64,000 nt of DNA, taken from positions 18,511-82,510 of the forward strand of contig JANNBC010000025.1 in assembly GCA_031385045.1 (NCBI GenBank), given 5' to 3'. The DNA is from a bacterium (lineage in GTDB: Bacteria > Bdellovibrionota_C > UBA2361 > CALJRW01). Shown piece by piece: positions 9,458 through 17,741 of this stretch; the stretch's first letter is position 1, and every line of letters starts with the position of its first letter. The notes below the pieces were generated by a model. It saw nothing but the letters and a program-made list of their open reading frames with translations, made no database searches and was not told the origin of the DNA. A program made the position numbers and the translations under genes.

Positions 9458-9964
9458 ATGAAGAACTACCCTGTATCCTCACGCGGATTTTCTCTAGTCG
9501 AACTGATGTTTAGCATCGCAACAGCTGGTGTTTTAGCATCAATGTCTTTAGGTCTTTTCTTTCAATATCAAGATCGATCTAGAACAGTTGAAATGGATAT
9601 GGCCTATCACGATATTAGAAATTCATCTTTTCTAGTAATGCAGAGTCTCTCCAAAGATGTCGCTAATCCAGTTTGTATTTGGCAATATGATCCCACTTCG
9701 GGAAGTCAGGGTGTGGCTTGTGATACCTCCACAGGTCAAAATATCTTAGAAGAAGCTTTGCCAATGAAAGATTCGCGAATTGTAATTCTTTCTAGTTTTA
9801 ATGCGACAGCTTCAACTAACGAATGGATACATACAACTTCAATCTTCCACTGTGATATCGCAAGTGGTGTTAATCATATCGATTACCAGAATACCTCTGA
9901 CGGAAGTTTTTATAATATTAGAACGCACGAAGATCCCACTAGTTTTGCAGTTCATTGTGCTTAG
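9458..9964 (+). CDS. Type IV pilin / pseudopilin-like protein (prepilin N-terminal methylation motif)
   Basis: The N-terminus SSRGFSLVELMFSIATAGVLASM matches the G-F-[TS]-L-[IV]-E prepilin peptidase cleavage/methylation motif followed by a hydrophobic helix. Confidence 0.6.
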   Translation: MKNYPVSSRGFSLVELMFSIATAGVLASMSLGLFFQYQDRSRTVEMDMAYHDIRNSSFLVMQSLSKDVANPVCIWQYDPTSGSQGVACDTSTGQNILEEALPMKDSRIVILSSFNATASTNEWIHTTSIFHCDIASGVNHIDYQNTSDGSFYNIRTHEDPTSFAVHCA

Positions 9965-9972
9965 CTTAGGAA

Positions 9973-12900
9973 TTAAAGTAGCTTCTTCCAAAGAGATTTT
10001 GATTTTTGGATATTAGTAATTGGTCCACTAAAAATAATTTCACCACCCAAGTCTCCAGCTCCCGGCCCCATTTCTATTAAATAATCAGAATATTTAATAA
10101 TTAAGGGGTCGTGTTCAATTAAAACTACACTATCACCACGATTAGTGATGTCTTTTAAGACTTTTAATAGCTTAAGAACATCTTGTTGGTGAAGGCCAAC
10201 GCTTGGTTCATCAAAAACATACAATGTATGTCCGCGGGGAGTTACGGCTAATTCTTCAGTTAATTTTAGTCGTTGTGCTTCACCACCAGAGAGTGTTGTT
10301 GATGTTTGTCCTAATGTTAGGTAGCCAAGGCCTAGATCACAGGCACTTTTTAAGAGTCGATAAATTTTAGGATAATTAGTAAATAGGTTTTTTGCTTCTT
10401 CAAAAGTTAAATTGAAAATTTCAGAAGCATTTTTATCTAAATACTTAATGCTTAATGTTTCGTCAGTATATCTTTTGCCCTGACAGAGTGGGCACTCAAT
10501 TTTAGCTTCAGCTAAAAAGCTCATCTCTAATTTCTGAGTCCCAGTACCATTGCATTCTGGACAACGGCCTCCAGTAGCTGAGTTATATGAAAAATAACTA
10601 GGCCCCCAACCACGAGTTTTTGCAAGGGGCATCTGAGCCAAAAGTTTTCGAATTTCGTCCCAGATTTTTAAATATGAGGCAGGAGTGGATCGTGAATTTT
10701 TACCAATCGGGGATTGATCTACAACTAGTAAGCGATCGATTGCTAGTTCTGTAGTAACCGAGGCTAGACTATTTTTCCAATGAAGATTTTTTAAGTTATC
10801 AATTGAATTAAGAAAAATATTATTTAGAAAGGTGCTTTTCCCAGATCCTGAGACGCCACAAATTGTTACTAGCGATTGAAGTGGAAAGGAGGCCTCCAGG
10901 GACTTAATATTATTAATAGCCTTGGAAGAGATTTTAACTAAAGGTTTATTCTCTATTGGGTTAGGAGACCAGTCAATTTGAGGGATTTTGTGAGTCGGAT
11001 ATTTTTTAACACTTCCATTATAAATAATCTGACCACCATCGCGACCTCCACCAGGGCCTAGTTCGATTAAATGATCGGCATAGTTAATTGTATCTTGATC
11101 ATGCTCGATTATATAAACAGAATTACCTTGATCTTTTAGTGTAGTAAATTCTTTTAATATTTTTCGATTATCATTCGGGTGTAATCCAGCACTTGGCTCA
11201 TCAAAGATATATAAAACACCATTTAGTGGGGAGCCCATGGAATTTGCTAACTTTAATCTCTGAAGTTCGCCCTTAGAAAGATCCTGACAACTGCGACTTA
11301 ATGGTAAATATTCTAAACCCAGACGTGTTAGTCGGTTAGTTCTAATTTTTATTTCAGAAATAATTGTATCGGCAATTTCTAATTGTTGCTCTGGAAACTT
11401 AATTTGTTCTAAAAAATTAGCTAGTTCAAGAGAATTTAATTTTGCTAGCTCAAAAATATTCTTTTTATTAATTTTAATATTTAGTGACGTTTGATTAATT
11501 CGGGTGCCCTGACAACTAGGACAGATTTTATCTGTAGCAGTTTTGCCGGAGCCAGAACATTTTACACAGCGACCGCGACGAGAATTAAAAGAAAAATCCT
11601 CCGGGTCAGGTTTTAGATATCCGCGATTACACTGAGGACAGCCACGTCTTGTACTTAGGATTTGATCTTGGCCCGCTACATTAGCAATGATATTCCCACC
11701 ACTCAAACTAATAATATCTCGAATAGCTTCAAGGATTAGATCTGCTGGGATTCGATTTGGGACAACTTTGGCATAAACAAATTCGATATTATGAACTTGG
11801 TTTCGACTAAGCCCTTCTTCAAAACGGCTAACTGGTCCAAAGATACCATCAACACGAACTTCTTCAATCTCGGATTTACGCGCCTGAATAAAAACGGGTC
11901 GATGATGGCCTTTCTTAGATTTAATAACTGGCACTAAAAGTTTAACAGTTTGCTCGCCAAACTGGAGGATCTTATTTAGAATTTGTTCCAAGCTAGAACT
12001 ACTTAATTCATATTCTGGATGATCAGGACAGTAAGGAGTGCCAACTTTCGCAAAGAGTAGTCTTAAAAAATTATAGATTTCACTAACAGTTCCGAGAGTA
12101 GAAAGTTTTCCAGGTTGGAATGTGTGCTGATAGACACAGATTGTTGGTCGTAAATTTTCGATGCTAGCAATCTGAGGCTTGGCTAATTCTTTAATAAATT
12201 GTCGGGCGTAGGGCGAAAGGCAATCCAAGTATTTTCTTTGTCCTTCGGCATAGACGATGTCCTTGGCAATCGTTGATTTTCCAGAGCCAGACACCCCAGT
12301 AAAAACAACAATCTCGTTATGTGGTATCTCCAGATCGATATTTTTTAAGTTATGTTCTTTCGCTGCGAATATTTTTAACTTACTAGAATCATGTTTGCTA
12401 GGTTTTTCCTTATCAAACTTTAACTTACTAGCTTGATATCTAGTAACATAACTTTGTAAATATTTAGCAGTTAAAGATTTCGTTTGATTTATTTTCTTTA
12501 AAAAGTCAGTAGGTGTTCCTTCTAGAACAACCTGCCCGCCATGCTTTCCACCCTCAGGTCCTAAATCAATAATCTGATCTGCTGCTAAGATAATATCTTG
12601 ATTGTGTTCAATACAAATAATTGAATGACCAGCATCGATCAATTCGTTAAAAACTAGTAATAGGTTTTTAACATCTTCCTGGCTCAGTCCGGTGGAAGGT
12701 TCATCAAATATTAATAGCGAATCTCCCCGAGTAGCTTTTTGAATAAATGGAACTAATTTTAAGCGTTGTGCTTCGCCACCAGAAAGCTGACTTAGCGGAT
12801 GACCTAAAGTTAGATGTCCCAGTCCTAATTTATTTAAACTTTGGCAAATGGCAAAAGCATCAAGGTGATTGATTAATAAATCCTGACATTCCGAAACTGT

Positions 12901-15234
12901 AGTTTTTAACCATTCGGCTACATTTCGATCTTGGTAGGTGACATCTAGTACGGAGTCTTGAAATCGTTGACCTAAGCAAAGATCACAGGTGACATAAACA
13001 TCACTTAAGAACTGCATCTCTTCTTTTAGATACCCAGCCCCCTTACAGTGTGGGCAGCGACCCCCCTCAACATTAAAAGAGAAAGTTGATTTGCTAAAAA
13101 GTTTTTGTTTGGCCAAAGGGCTATCGGCTAGTTCTTCTCGAATCATTTCCCAGAGCTTGCTATAAGTGGCAATATTTGAGCGAGGACTTTTAACAAGTGA
13201 ACTCTGATCTACTGCTAGTACTTGTTGAAATTGCTCCAGGCCTAGAACAGAAAACTTACTAGATGGATCTTGGCGTTGATTTTCCTGATAGGCTTTTAGA
13301 ATAACTTCAATTGCCAAACTACTTTTGCCACTTCCTGAAACCCCAGATAGAACAACTAAGCAGGAGAGTGGTATACGAAGGTCTATTTTTTTAAGATTCC
13401 TGACTCCTTCAACCTTGACAATTAGTTGACTAGGAGAACTTTTGCTATTCTTTTTGGGAGTTACTGGGATAAATTTATGCTTCCAATTACTTGGTGGCCC
13501 ATAGTAAACAACTTCGCCACCTAATTTCCCTGCTTTCGGGCCAAGGTGTAGGATTTGATCTGCTGCTAAGATACAATCGGGATCATGCTCAACCATTAGG
13601 ATACTATTTCCACGATTTTTTAATTCTTTTATTGCTTGCATTAAGCGTTCTGAATCCCGTGGGTGAAGGCCAACAGAGGGCTCATCTAAAACAAATTGGG
13701 TGGAAACTAATTCGCTACCAATTGCCGATACTAGATTGACTCGCTGAGTTTCTCCGCCTGATAAGGTCTTTGCTGGGCGGCTTAAGCTTAGGTAATCTAG
13801 CCCCAGATTGATCATCTGTTTAATCCTAGCAGTGCTTTGTTGAAAAACTGTTTCTAGTTCGAGAGATTTTGATTTGTTAACTAGTGGTTTTAAACCAGCA
13901 ATCCAATCTCCTAATTCGTTAATTGGTAGTTCACGGACTTCTGAGACATTCTGATTATTTAATCGAAACAGTAAGGCTTCAGACTTATTGCCACTTCCTT
14001 GGCAATCATCACAAATTACTGGAGAGCGGTATTTAGTAAGGTAGATTCGCACATAAGCTTTATAGGATTTACGCTCAATCTTTTTAAACCAGGGATTAAG
14101 TCCTAAATAACCTTTGCCTTCGTAATTAAAAATTAAATCTTTTTCCTCAGTAGATAACTTACTCCAAGGAAGATTGATTTTAATCTTATGATCGGAGGCA
14201 AACTTAATTAACTTTTCTTTTAAATTCTGAACGGCTGGTCCTTTCCAACAATCGACGGCATTTTCAATTAATGATAACTCTGGATCGATAATAATCTTTT
14301 TTGAATCCGGAATTAAATTAGCACCAAAACCTTTACAGTGTGGGCATGCTCCCAGTGGATTATTAGGGGAAAAAAGCCCAGGTTTGGGAATTGGGATTTT
14401 AATTTCTAAATTATCTTGAGCTGGATCCGAATAGAAAGAAGTAAAACGCTTAAAATTAATCTGTTCATTTTCTGGAATTGCTAGATAAGCAATTCCTTTT
14501 CCCAATTGATATGCCTGTTCAACTGCCTCAATTAAACGATGAGTTTTGCTTTGATTTGGTTTTAAGCGATCGATTAAAATATAAATTAAATCTTGATTGG
14601 CAAGTTGATTCAAATCTTCTGCTAATTTATACACATTAGCCGAATTGGGAATTAAAAAACGATTGTAACCCATCAGTTGTAAATTGTTTACTTGTTCCGC
14701 CAAGTCTTTTTTGGAAACTTTTTTGGCAGAGGATTTTTTCTTTGTTGTTAACTGGCAGGGAGCACAGATATATAAATAATCTGTTGCCAAGTTTAATCCT
14801 GAGATTAGTTCTGCGACTTCATTTGGTGAATGCTTTTGTAGAAGTTGTTGGTTAATTGGGGAATAGGGTAGTGCAAAATTGGCGAATAGAATTCCAAGAT
14901 AGTCATTTAGATCCGTTAAAGTTCCTACTGAAGATCGACTAGAATGGATTTTATTTTTTTGTTCAATAGCAATTGCTGGGCGAACATTCTCACTACTTTC
15001 TAAGTCCGGTTTTTTAACTTTGTCTAAGAATTGACGAACATATGAGGAAAACGTTTCTAAATAACGTCTTTGACCCTCGGCATAGATCGTATCAAAAGCT
15101 AAGGTTGATTTTCCCGAACCGGAGAGTCCTGTAACAGCAATTAACTGATCATGTGGAAGGGTAATACTTAAATCTTTTAAGTTATTTTCTTTGAGTCCAG
15201 TGAGTGATAAATGAAAATGTTTTTGTTCTGACAA
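9973..15234 (-). CDS. uvrA: Excinuclease ABC subunit A, tandem-duplicated (UvrA-UvrA fusion, 1753 aa)
   Basis: Four ABC ATPase Walker A sites (GLSGSGKSTLAFDTIYAEGQRRY, LSGVSGSGKSSLA, FTGVSGSGKSTIAKDIVYAEGQRKY, CGVSGSGKSTF). There are four LSGGE signature motifs and several CxxC zinc-finger pairs. This is two complete UvrA units in one frame. Confidence 0.8.
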   Translation of the reverse strand: MSEQKHFHLSLTGLKENNLKDLSITLPHDQLIAVTGLSGSGKSTLAFDTIYAEGQRRYLETFSSYVRQFLDKVKKPDLESSENVRPAIAIEQKNKIHSSRSSVGTLTDLNDYLGILFANFALPYSPINQQLLQKHSPNEVAELISGLNLATDYLYICAPCQLTTKKKSSAKKVSKKDLAEQVNNLQLMGYNRFLIPNSANVYKLAEDLNQLANQDLIYILIDRLKPNQSKTHRLIEAVEQAYQLGKGIAYLAIPENEQINFKRFTSFYSDPAQDNLEIKIPIPKPGLFSPNNPLGACPHCKGFGANLIPDSKKIIIDPELSLIENAVDCWKGPAVQNLKEKLIKFASDHKIKINLPWSKLSTEEKDLIFNYEGKGYLGLNPWFKKIERKSYKAYVRIYLTKYRSPVICDDCQGSGNKSEALLFRLNNQNVSEVRELPINELGDWIAGLKPLVNKSKSLELETVFQQSTARIKQMINLGLDYLSLSRPAKTLSGGETQRVNLVSAIGSELVSTQFVLDEPSVGLHPRDSERLMQAIKELKNRGNSILMVEHDPDCILAADQILHLGPKAGKLGGEVVYYGPPSNWKHKFIPVTPKKNSKSSPSQLIVKVEGVRNLKKIDLRIPLSCLVVLSGVSGSGKSSLAIEVILKAYQENQRQDPSSKFSVLGLEQFQQVLAVDQSSLVKSPRSNIATYSKLWEMIREELADSPLAKQKLFSKSTFSFNVEGGRCPHCKGAGYLKEEMQFLSDVYVTCDLCLGQRFQDSVLDVTYQDRNVAEWLKTTVSECQDLLINHLDAFAICQSLNKLGLGHLTLGHPLSQLSGGEAQRLKLVPFIQKATRGDSLLIFDEPSTGLSQEDVKNLLLVFNELIDAGHSIICIEHNQDIILAADQIIDLGPEGGKHGGQVVLEGTPTDFLKKINQTKSLTAKYLQSYVTRYQASKLKFDKEKPSKHDSSKLKIFAAKEHNLKNIDLEIPHNEIVVFTGVSGSGKSTIAKDIVYAEGQRKYLDCLSPYARQFIKELAKPQIASIENLRPTICVYQHTFQPGKLSTLGTVSEIYNFLRLLFAKVGTPYCPDHPEYELSSSSLEQILNKILQFGEQTVKLLVPVIKSKKGHHRPVFIQARKSEIEEVRVDGIFGPVSRFEEGLSRNQVHNIEFVYAKVVPNRIPADLILEAIRDIISLSGGNIIANVAGQDQILSTRRGCPQCNRGYLKPDPEDFSFNSRRGRCVKCSGSGKTATDKICPSCQGTRINQTSLNIKINKKNIFELAKLNSLELANFLEQIKFPEQQLEIADTIISEIKIRTNRLTRLGLEYLPLSRSCQDLSKGELQRLKLANSMGSPLNGVLYIFDEPSAGLHPNDNRKILKEFTTLKDQGNSVYIIEHDQDTINYADHLIELGPGGGRDGGQIIYNGSVKKYPTHKIPQIDWSPNPIENKPLVKISSKAINNIKSLEASFPLQSLVTICGVSGSGKSTFLNNIFLNSIDNLKNLHWKNSLASVTTELAIDRLLVVDQSPIGKNSRSTPASYLKIWDEIRKLLAQMPLAKTRGWGPSYFSYNSATGGRCPECNGTGTQKLEMSFLAEAKIECPLCQGKRYTDETLSIKYLDKNASEIFNLTFEEAKNLFTNYPKIYRLLKSACDLGLGYLTLGQTSTTLSGGEAQRLKLTEELAVTPRGHTLYVFDEPSVGLHQQDVLKLLKVLKDITNRGDSVVLIEHDPLIIKYSDYLIEMGPGAGDLGGEIIFSGPITNIQKSKSLWKKLL

Positions 15235-15264
15235 GGTAATTCGATCTTAGAAAGTTATCTTTGC

Positions 15265-16230
15265 TTATTCTATTGTTTGATTTAAAGCATACGCGGAAAA
15301 GGCTGAACCGTAAAATGTAGACTGATCAAATAAAATCTTTTTGCTATTTGTCGCAGTGTCATGGATGGATGTCTTCCATCTCCAGATATAATCTTTCTCC
15401 ATGTGTTTAGCGGAAAGTTCTATCACTAATTTTTGTGAGACGTTAACGTCGATGCCATTTTCAAATGGAAAGAAGACACTGCCGTATACTTGGTTTTTAG
15501 CATCTGGCCCACAGGAATAGGAAACTGTTGAAGTTAGTTCACAGTCAAACCAAGCAAAAAACCCAAATAATGTTTCGTTTGAGCCAGTGAAGCTTACAGT
15601 TGAACGATGAGAATAGTCTTGGATCTTTGTATAATCGAGCTGACACCAGAGGCTTGGTTTTGCTGAAAGCATTTCCTGCTTGATTGGTAAGGGGTAGAAG
15701 GTATTGCAGAGATATTTTTCGTAGGCCTTGGTCGTAAATGGAAATTTTTGGTTTAAAAACGGTCTAACTTTCTGATTGAAAATATTTTTATCGCGACAAG
15801 GAGCCAAGTAGATCTTATCAATACTTGGTAGAAGTTTACCTGTTGGTTTTAAGAATTTCTCTTGTGCTAATTTCATGATCTTTAAATTATCTTCGTAGAA
15901 GGGAAGTTTTCCTCTTAAGTCGGCAATAATCAGATCAACTTGCGAAAAATTTAAATTCTCAATTTTTTCTTCATAGAATTCCACTCGGTCCTCAAATTTA
16001 TTTTCTTTCACGAGCTCTCGAGCGATTTGAATCGCAGGGTTAGGTTCGACAGCGATTACTTTTTTAGCTCCGAGAGAACATGCCAGGAGCGTAAAGCCTC
16101 CAGTGCCTGCGCCTAAGTCTAGGACAATAGTTTCTGGTGTAATAATTTCCGCTAATGCTTTAGCATAAGCCGGAACTCTTACTGGGTCAGCTAACATTTG
16201 AGAGAAGTGGCGAGGACTATAAGTATTCAT
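15265..16230 (-). CDS. Class I SAM-dependent methyltransferase, PRMT-like
   Basis: Motif I VLDLGAGTGGFTLLACSLGA and post-I VIAVEPNP. VDLIIADLRGKLPFYED resembles the PRMT motif II/double-E loop (VDIIISEWMGYCLFYES). LKPTGKLLPS resembles PRMT motif III. A roughly 150-aa C-terminal beta-rich region is consistent with a PRMT barrel. Confidence 0.55.
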   Translation of the reverse strand: MNTYSPRHFSQMLADPVRVPAYAKALAEIITPETIVLDLGAGTGGFTLLACSLGAKKVIAVEPNPAIQIARELVKENKFEDRVEFYEEKIENLNFSQVDLIIADLRGKLPFYEDNLKIMKLAQEKFLKPTGKLLPSIDKIYLAPCRDKNIFNQKVRPFLNQKFPFTTKAYEKYLCNTFYPLPIKQEMLSAKPSLWCQLDYTKIQDYSHRSTVSFTGSNETLFGFFAWFDCELTSTVSYSCGPDAKNQVYGSVFFPFENGIDVNVSQKLVIELSAKHMEKDYIWRWKTSIHDTATNSKKILFDQSTFYGSAFSAYALNQTIE

Positions 16231-16335
16231 TAGATAGATTATTACTGGTGATCTTTTGAAGGATCAACTGCTAGTCTAGGTTATTAATCAGATAATGAGA
16301 ACTAAATTTAGAGTAAGAGAGGATTGGAACAAATA

Positions 16336-16476
16336 CTATGTTTGCATACCAAAAAAATCAGCTGACATTGAGCCACCAAATTTAGTTAACTCTTTAAGCG
16401 AGCCATATTTAATTAGTTTAGGCTTTTGATAAGTTTTTTTTTCTTTTTTAGTATCTGGGGTTTTCTTATCTTCCAT
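16336..16476 (-). CDS. Unannotated 46-aa precursor-like peptide MEDKKTPDTKKEKKTYQKPKLIKYGSLKELTKFGGSMSADFFGMQT (lasso-type leader motif)
   Basis: Found by hand translation of the 286-bp gap between the PqqD-like gene and the methyltransferase gene. ATG at 16476 is the first start after an in-frame stop, and TAG is at 16338-16336. The Lys-rich leader contains Y16-x2-P19-x-L21-x3-G25-x5-T31-K32. A 14-aa C-terminal segment FGGSMSADFFGMQT follows. It lies on the same strand as, and between, the RRE and the MTase. Confidence 0.5.
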   Translation of the reverse strand: MEDKKTPDTKKEKKTYQKPKLIKYGSLKELTKFGGSMSADFFGMQT

Positions 16477-16516
16477 AGGTTACATTATAATTTAAAATTT
16501 AAGTTATGTGAAGCAA

Positions 16517-16801
16517 TTAAATGAGAGTAATAACCTCGGCTTCCAGTAGGCCTTGAATCAGGTTAATTAAGTCTTGCTGTAAATCTGCTTCATTAACCTC
16601 GTAATCTTCCGCTAGTAATTTAGATGCTTCTAGGATAGAGGAGGACTCTACTAGCCTCATGTAAAAAGCATAGCCGGTGGAATCTAGGCCATAGTAGTTG
16701 TTATTCTTCAAATTTAGCAACACGCAGGTATCATCAAGTTGTTTAACTAGGACATCGTCTTGAGCTACAACTTGACTTTGTAGATTGATATTCACAGCCA
16801 T
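16517..16801 (-). CDS. PqqD-family peptide chaperone / RiPP recognition element (RRE)
   Basis: 94 aa. VLVKQLDDTCVLLNLKNNNYYGLDSTGYAFYMRL...LAEDYEVNEADLQQDLINLIQGLLEAEVI follows the PqqD (PF05402) pattern. That pattern is 'dgevvLLnlesgeyygLNetgarIWelL...ydvdeeeleaDvlaFleeLleagli'. Confidence 0.75.
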   Translation of the reverse strand: MAVNINLQSQVVAQDDVLVKQLDDTCVLLNLKNNNYYGLDSTGYAFYMRLVESSSILEASKLLAEDYEVNEADLQQDLINLIQGLLEAEVITLI

Positions 16802-16806
16802 TTAAA

Positions 16807-17592
16807 TTACTCTAAAGTGTATTTCTCTAGAGAAATATCAATTCCACCTTCGGAGATGTACTTGGCAATGATATTAGCATTAAAGCAACCAGGGAATTCC
16901 GGACAAAGTACAACTGTGAAACTAGAATCTTCTTTAATATCTTCTTTTTTAATTGTTTTGGTAAAGATAATTTCCTCAGGATTTCCTTTTTTGAAAACCT
17001 TTAAAAGTAAGCTTTGATAATCTGTTTCTTCAGTAGAAAAACTACAAAACAATTGACCACTTTGCGGGGCAAATAAAACCTGATCTGATCCGGCTTGGTA
17101 CGCTGGTATATTCTTGCCTTTAAGTTCGCAGTTACCAGAAAATAGACCTGTCACAATATTTGTTTCTTCGTAAGTTGGAGGTAGCACAAGATCAACTGGT
17201 AATGGCTCAGTTGGTAAATTAGCCTCAGAGGCAAATGTTAATGTCGCATTTAAGCAGTCCTGAATCCCATCACGAATTAATTGCTTGGTGGCTATTTGGG
17301 ATTCCATTTTCCGCTTAAGTTTATTACTAGACTCTTTTTTTAGGTCAGCTTTTAGAAGTTTGATTTCTTTTACTACCTGTTTTCGAAGTTTTAGGGCTTG
17401 GCGGTCAGTAAACTCCCGGACATTTTTTTCCAGTCCATCCTGTGTAAAAGTTTTAATCAAGACAGAATTGCTATTTTCTTTGCAAAAATAAGACTTAGTT
17501 TTACTAATTATTGCAATTCTTTGATCTTCAGCCTGGGCACTTAGACTTAACAAAAGGACTAATGGTAATATGTATTTTAGTTTTATGTTCAC
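16807..17592 (-). CDS. Secreted hypothetical protein (signal peptide, 5 Cys in C-terminal half)
   Basis: MNIKLKYILPLVLLLSLSAQA is a signal peptide. No recognisable catalytic motif. It is co-directional with, and 5 nt upstream of, the PqqD-like gene. Confidence 0.45.
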   Translation of the reverse strand: MNIKLKYILPLVLLLSLSAQAEDQRIAIISKTKSYFCKENSNSVLIKTFTQDGLEKNVREFTDRQALKLRKQVVKEIKLLKADLKKESSNKLKRKMESQIATKQLIRDGIQDCLNATLTFASEANLPTEPLPVDLVLPPTYEETNIVTGLFSGNCELKGKNIPAYQAGSDQVLFAPQSGQLFCSFSTEETDYQSLLLKVFKKGNPEEIIFTKTIKKEDIKEDSSFTVVLCPEFPGCFNANIIAKYISEGGIDISLEKYTLE

Positions 17593-17741
17593 TTTCTTTT
17601 GATTATAGCCTACTAATTGAGTTTCTTAAATAATCTTTTTTGATTGTTAGAACCTTAATTTAAGGTGTATAATAAGATTATTAAGTTCATTTCGGTTTAT
17701 TAAAGTATTACTTTAATTCTGCCGAAAGTCATTACTATATA

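Noticed and set aside
16295-16432. Plus-strand small ORF (MRTKFRVREDWNKYYVCIPKKSADIEPPNLVNSLSEPYLISLGF) antisense to the precursor ORF
   Set aside because: It has no recognisable motif. It is antisense to an ORF that is co-directional with its neighbours and carries a specific leader motif, so it is most likely a mirror-frame artefact.
16336-16476. Reading the peptide as a double-glycine (GG) leader bacteriocin (…ELTKFGG|SMSADFFGMQT)
   Set aside because: The spacing of the E-L and hydrophobic positions relative to GG is off by one from the LSxxELxxIxGG consensus. No C39-peptidase ABC exporter or immunity gene is adjacent. The lasso-type Y/P/L/G/T spacing fits exactly instead.
15265-17592. 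Interpreting the locus as an ordinary, complete lasso-peptide cluster
   Set aside because: A lasso cluster needs an Asn-synthetase-like cyclase (about 600 aa) and a transglutaminase-like B2 protease. No ORF in the island or anywhere in the 64 kb has those features. The only transglutaminase-like protein (49429-50937) is a 7TM-fused inactive form 33 kb away, in a different conserved context.
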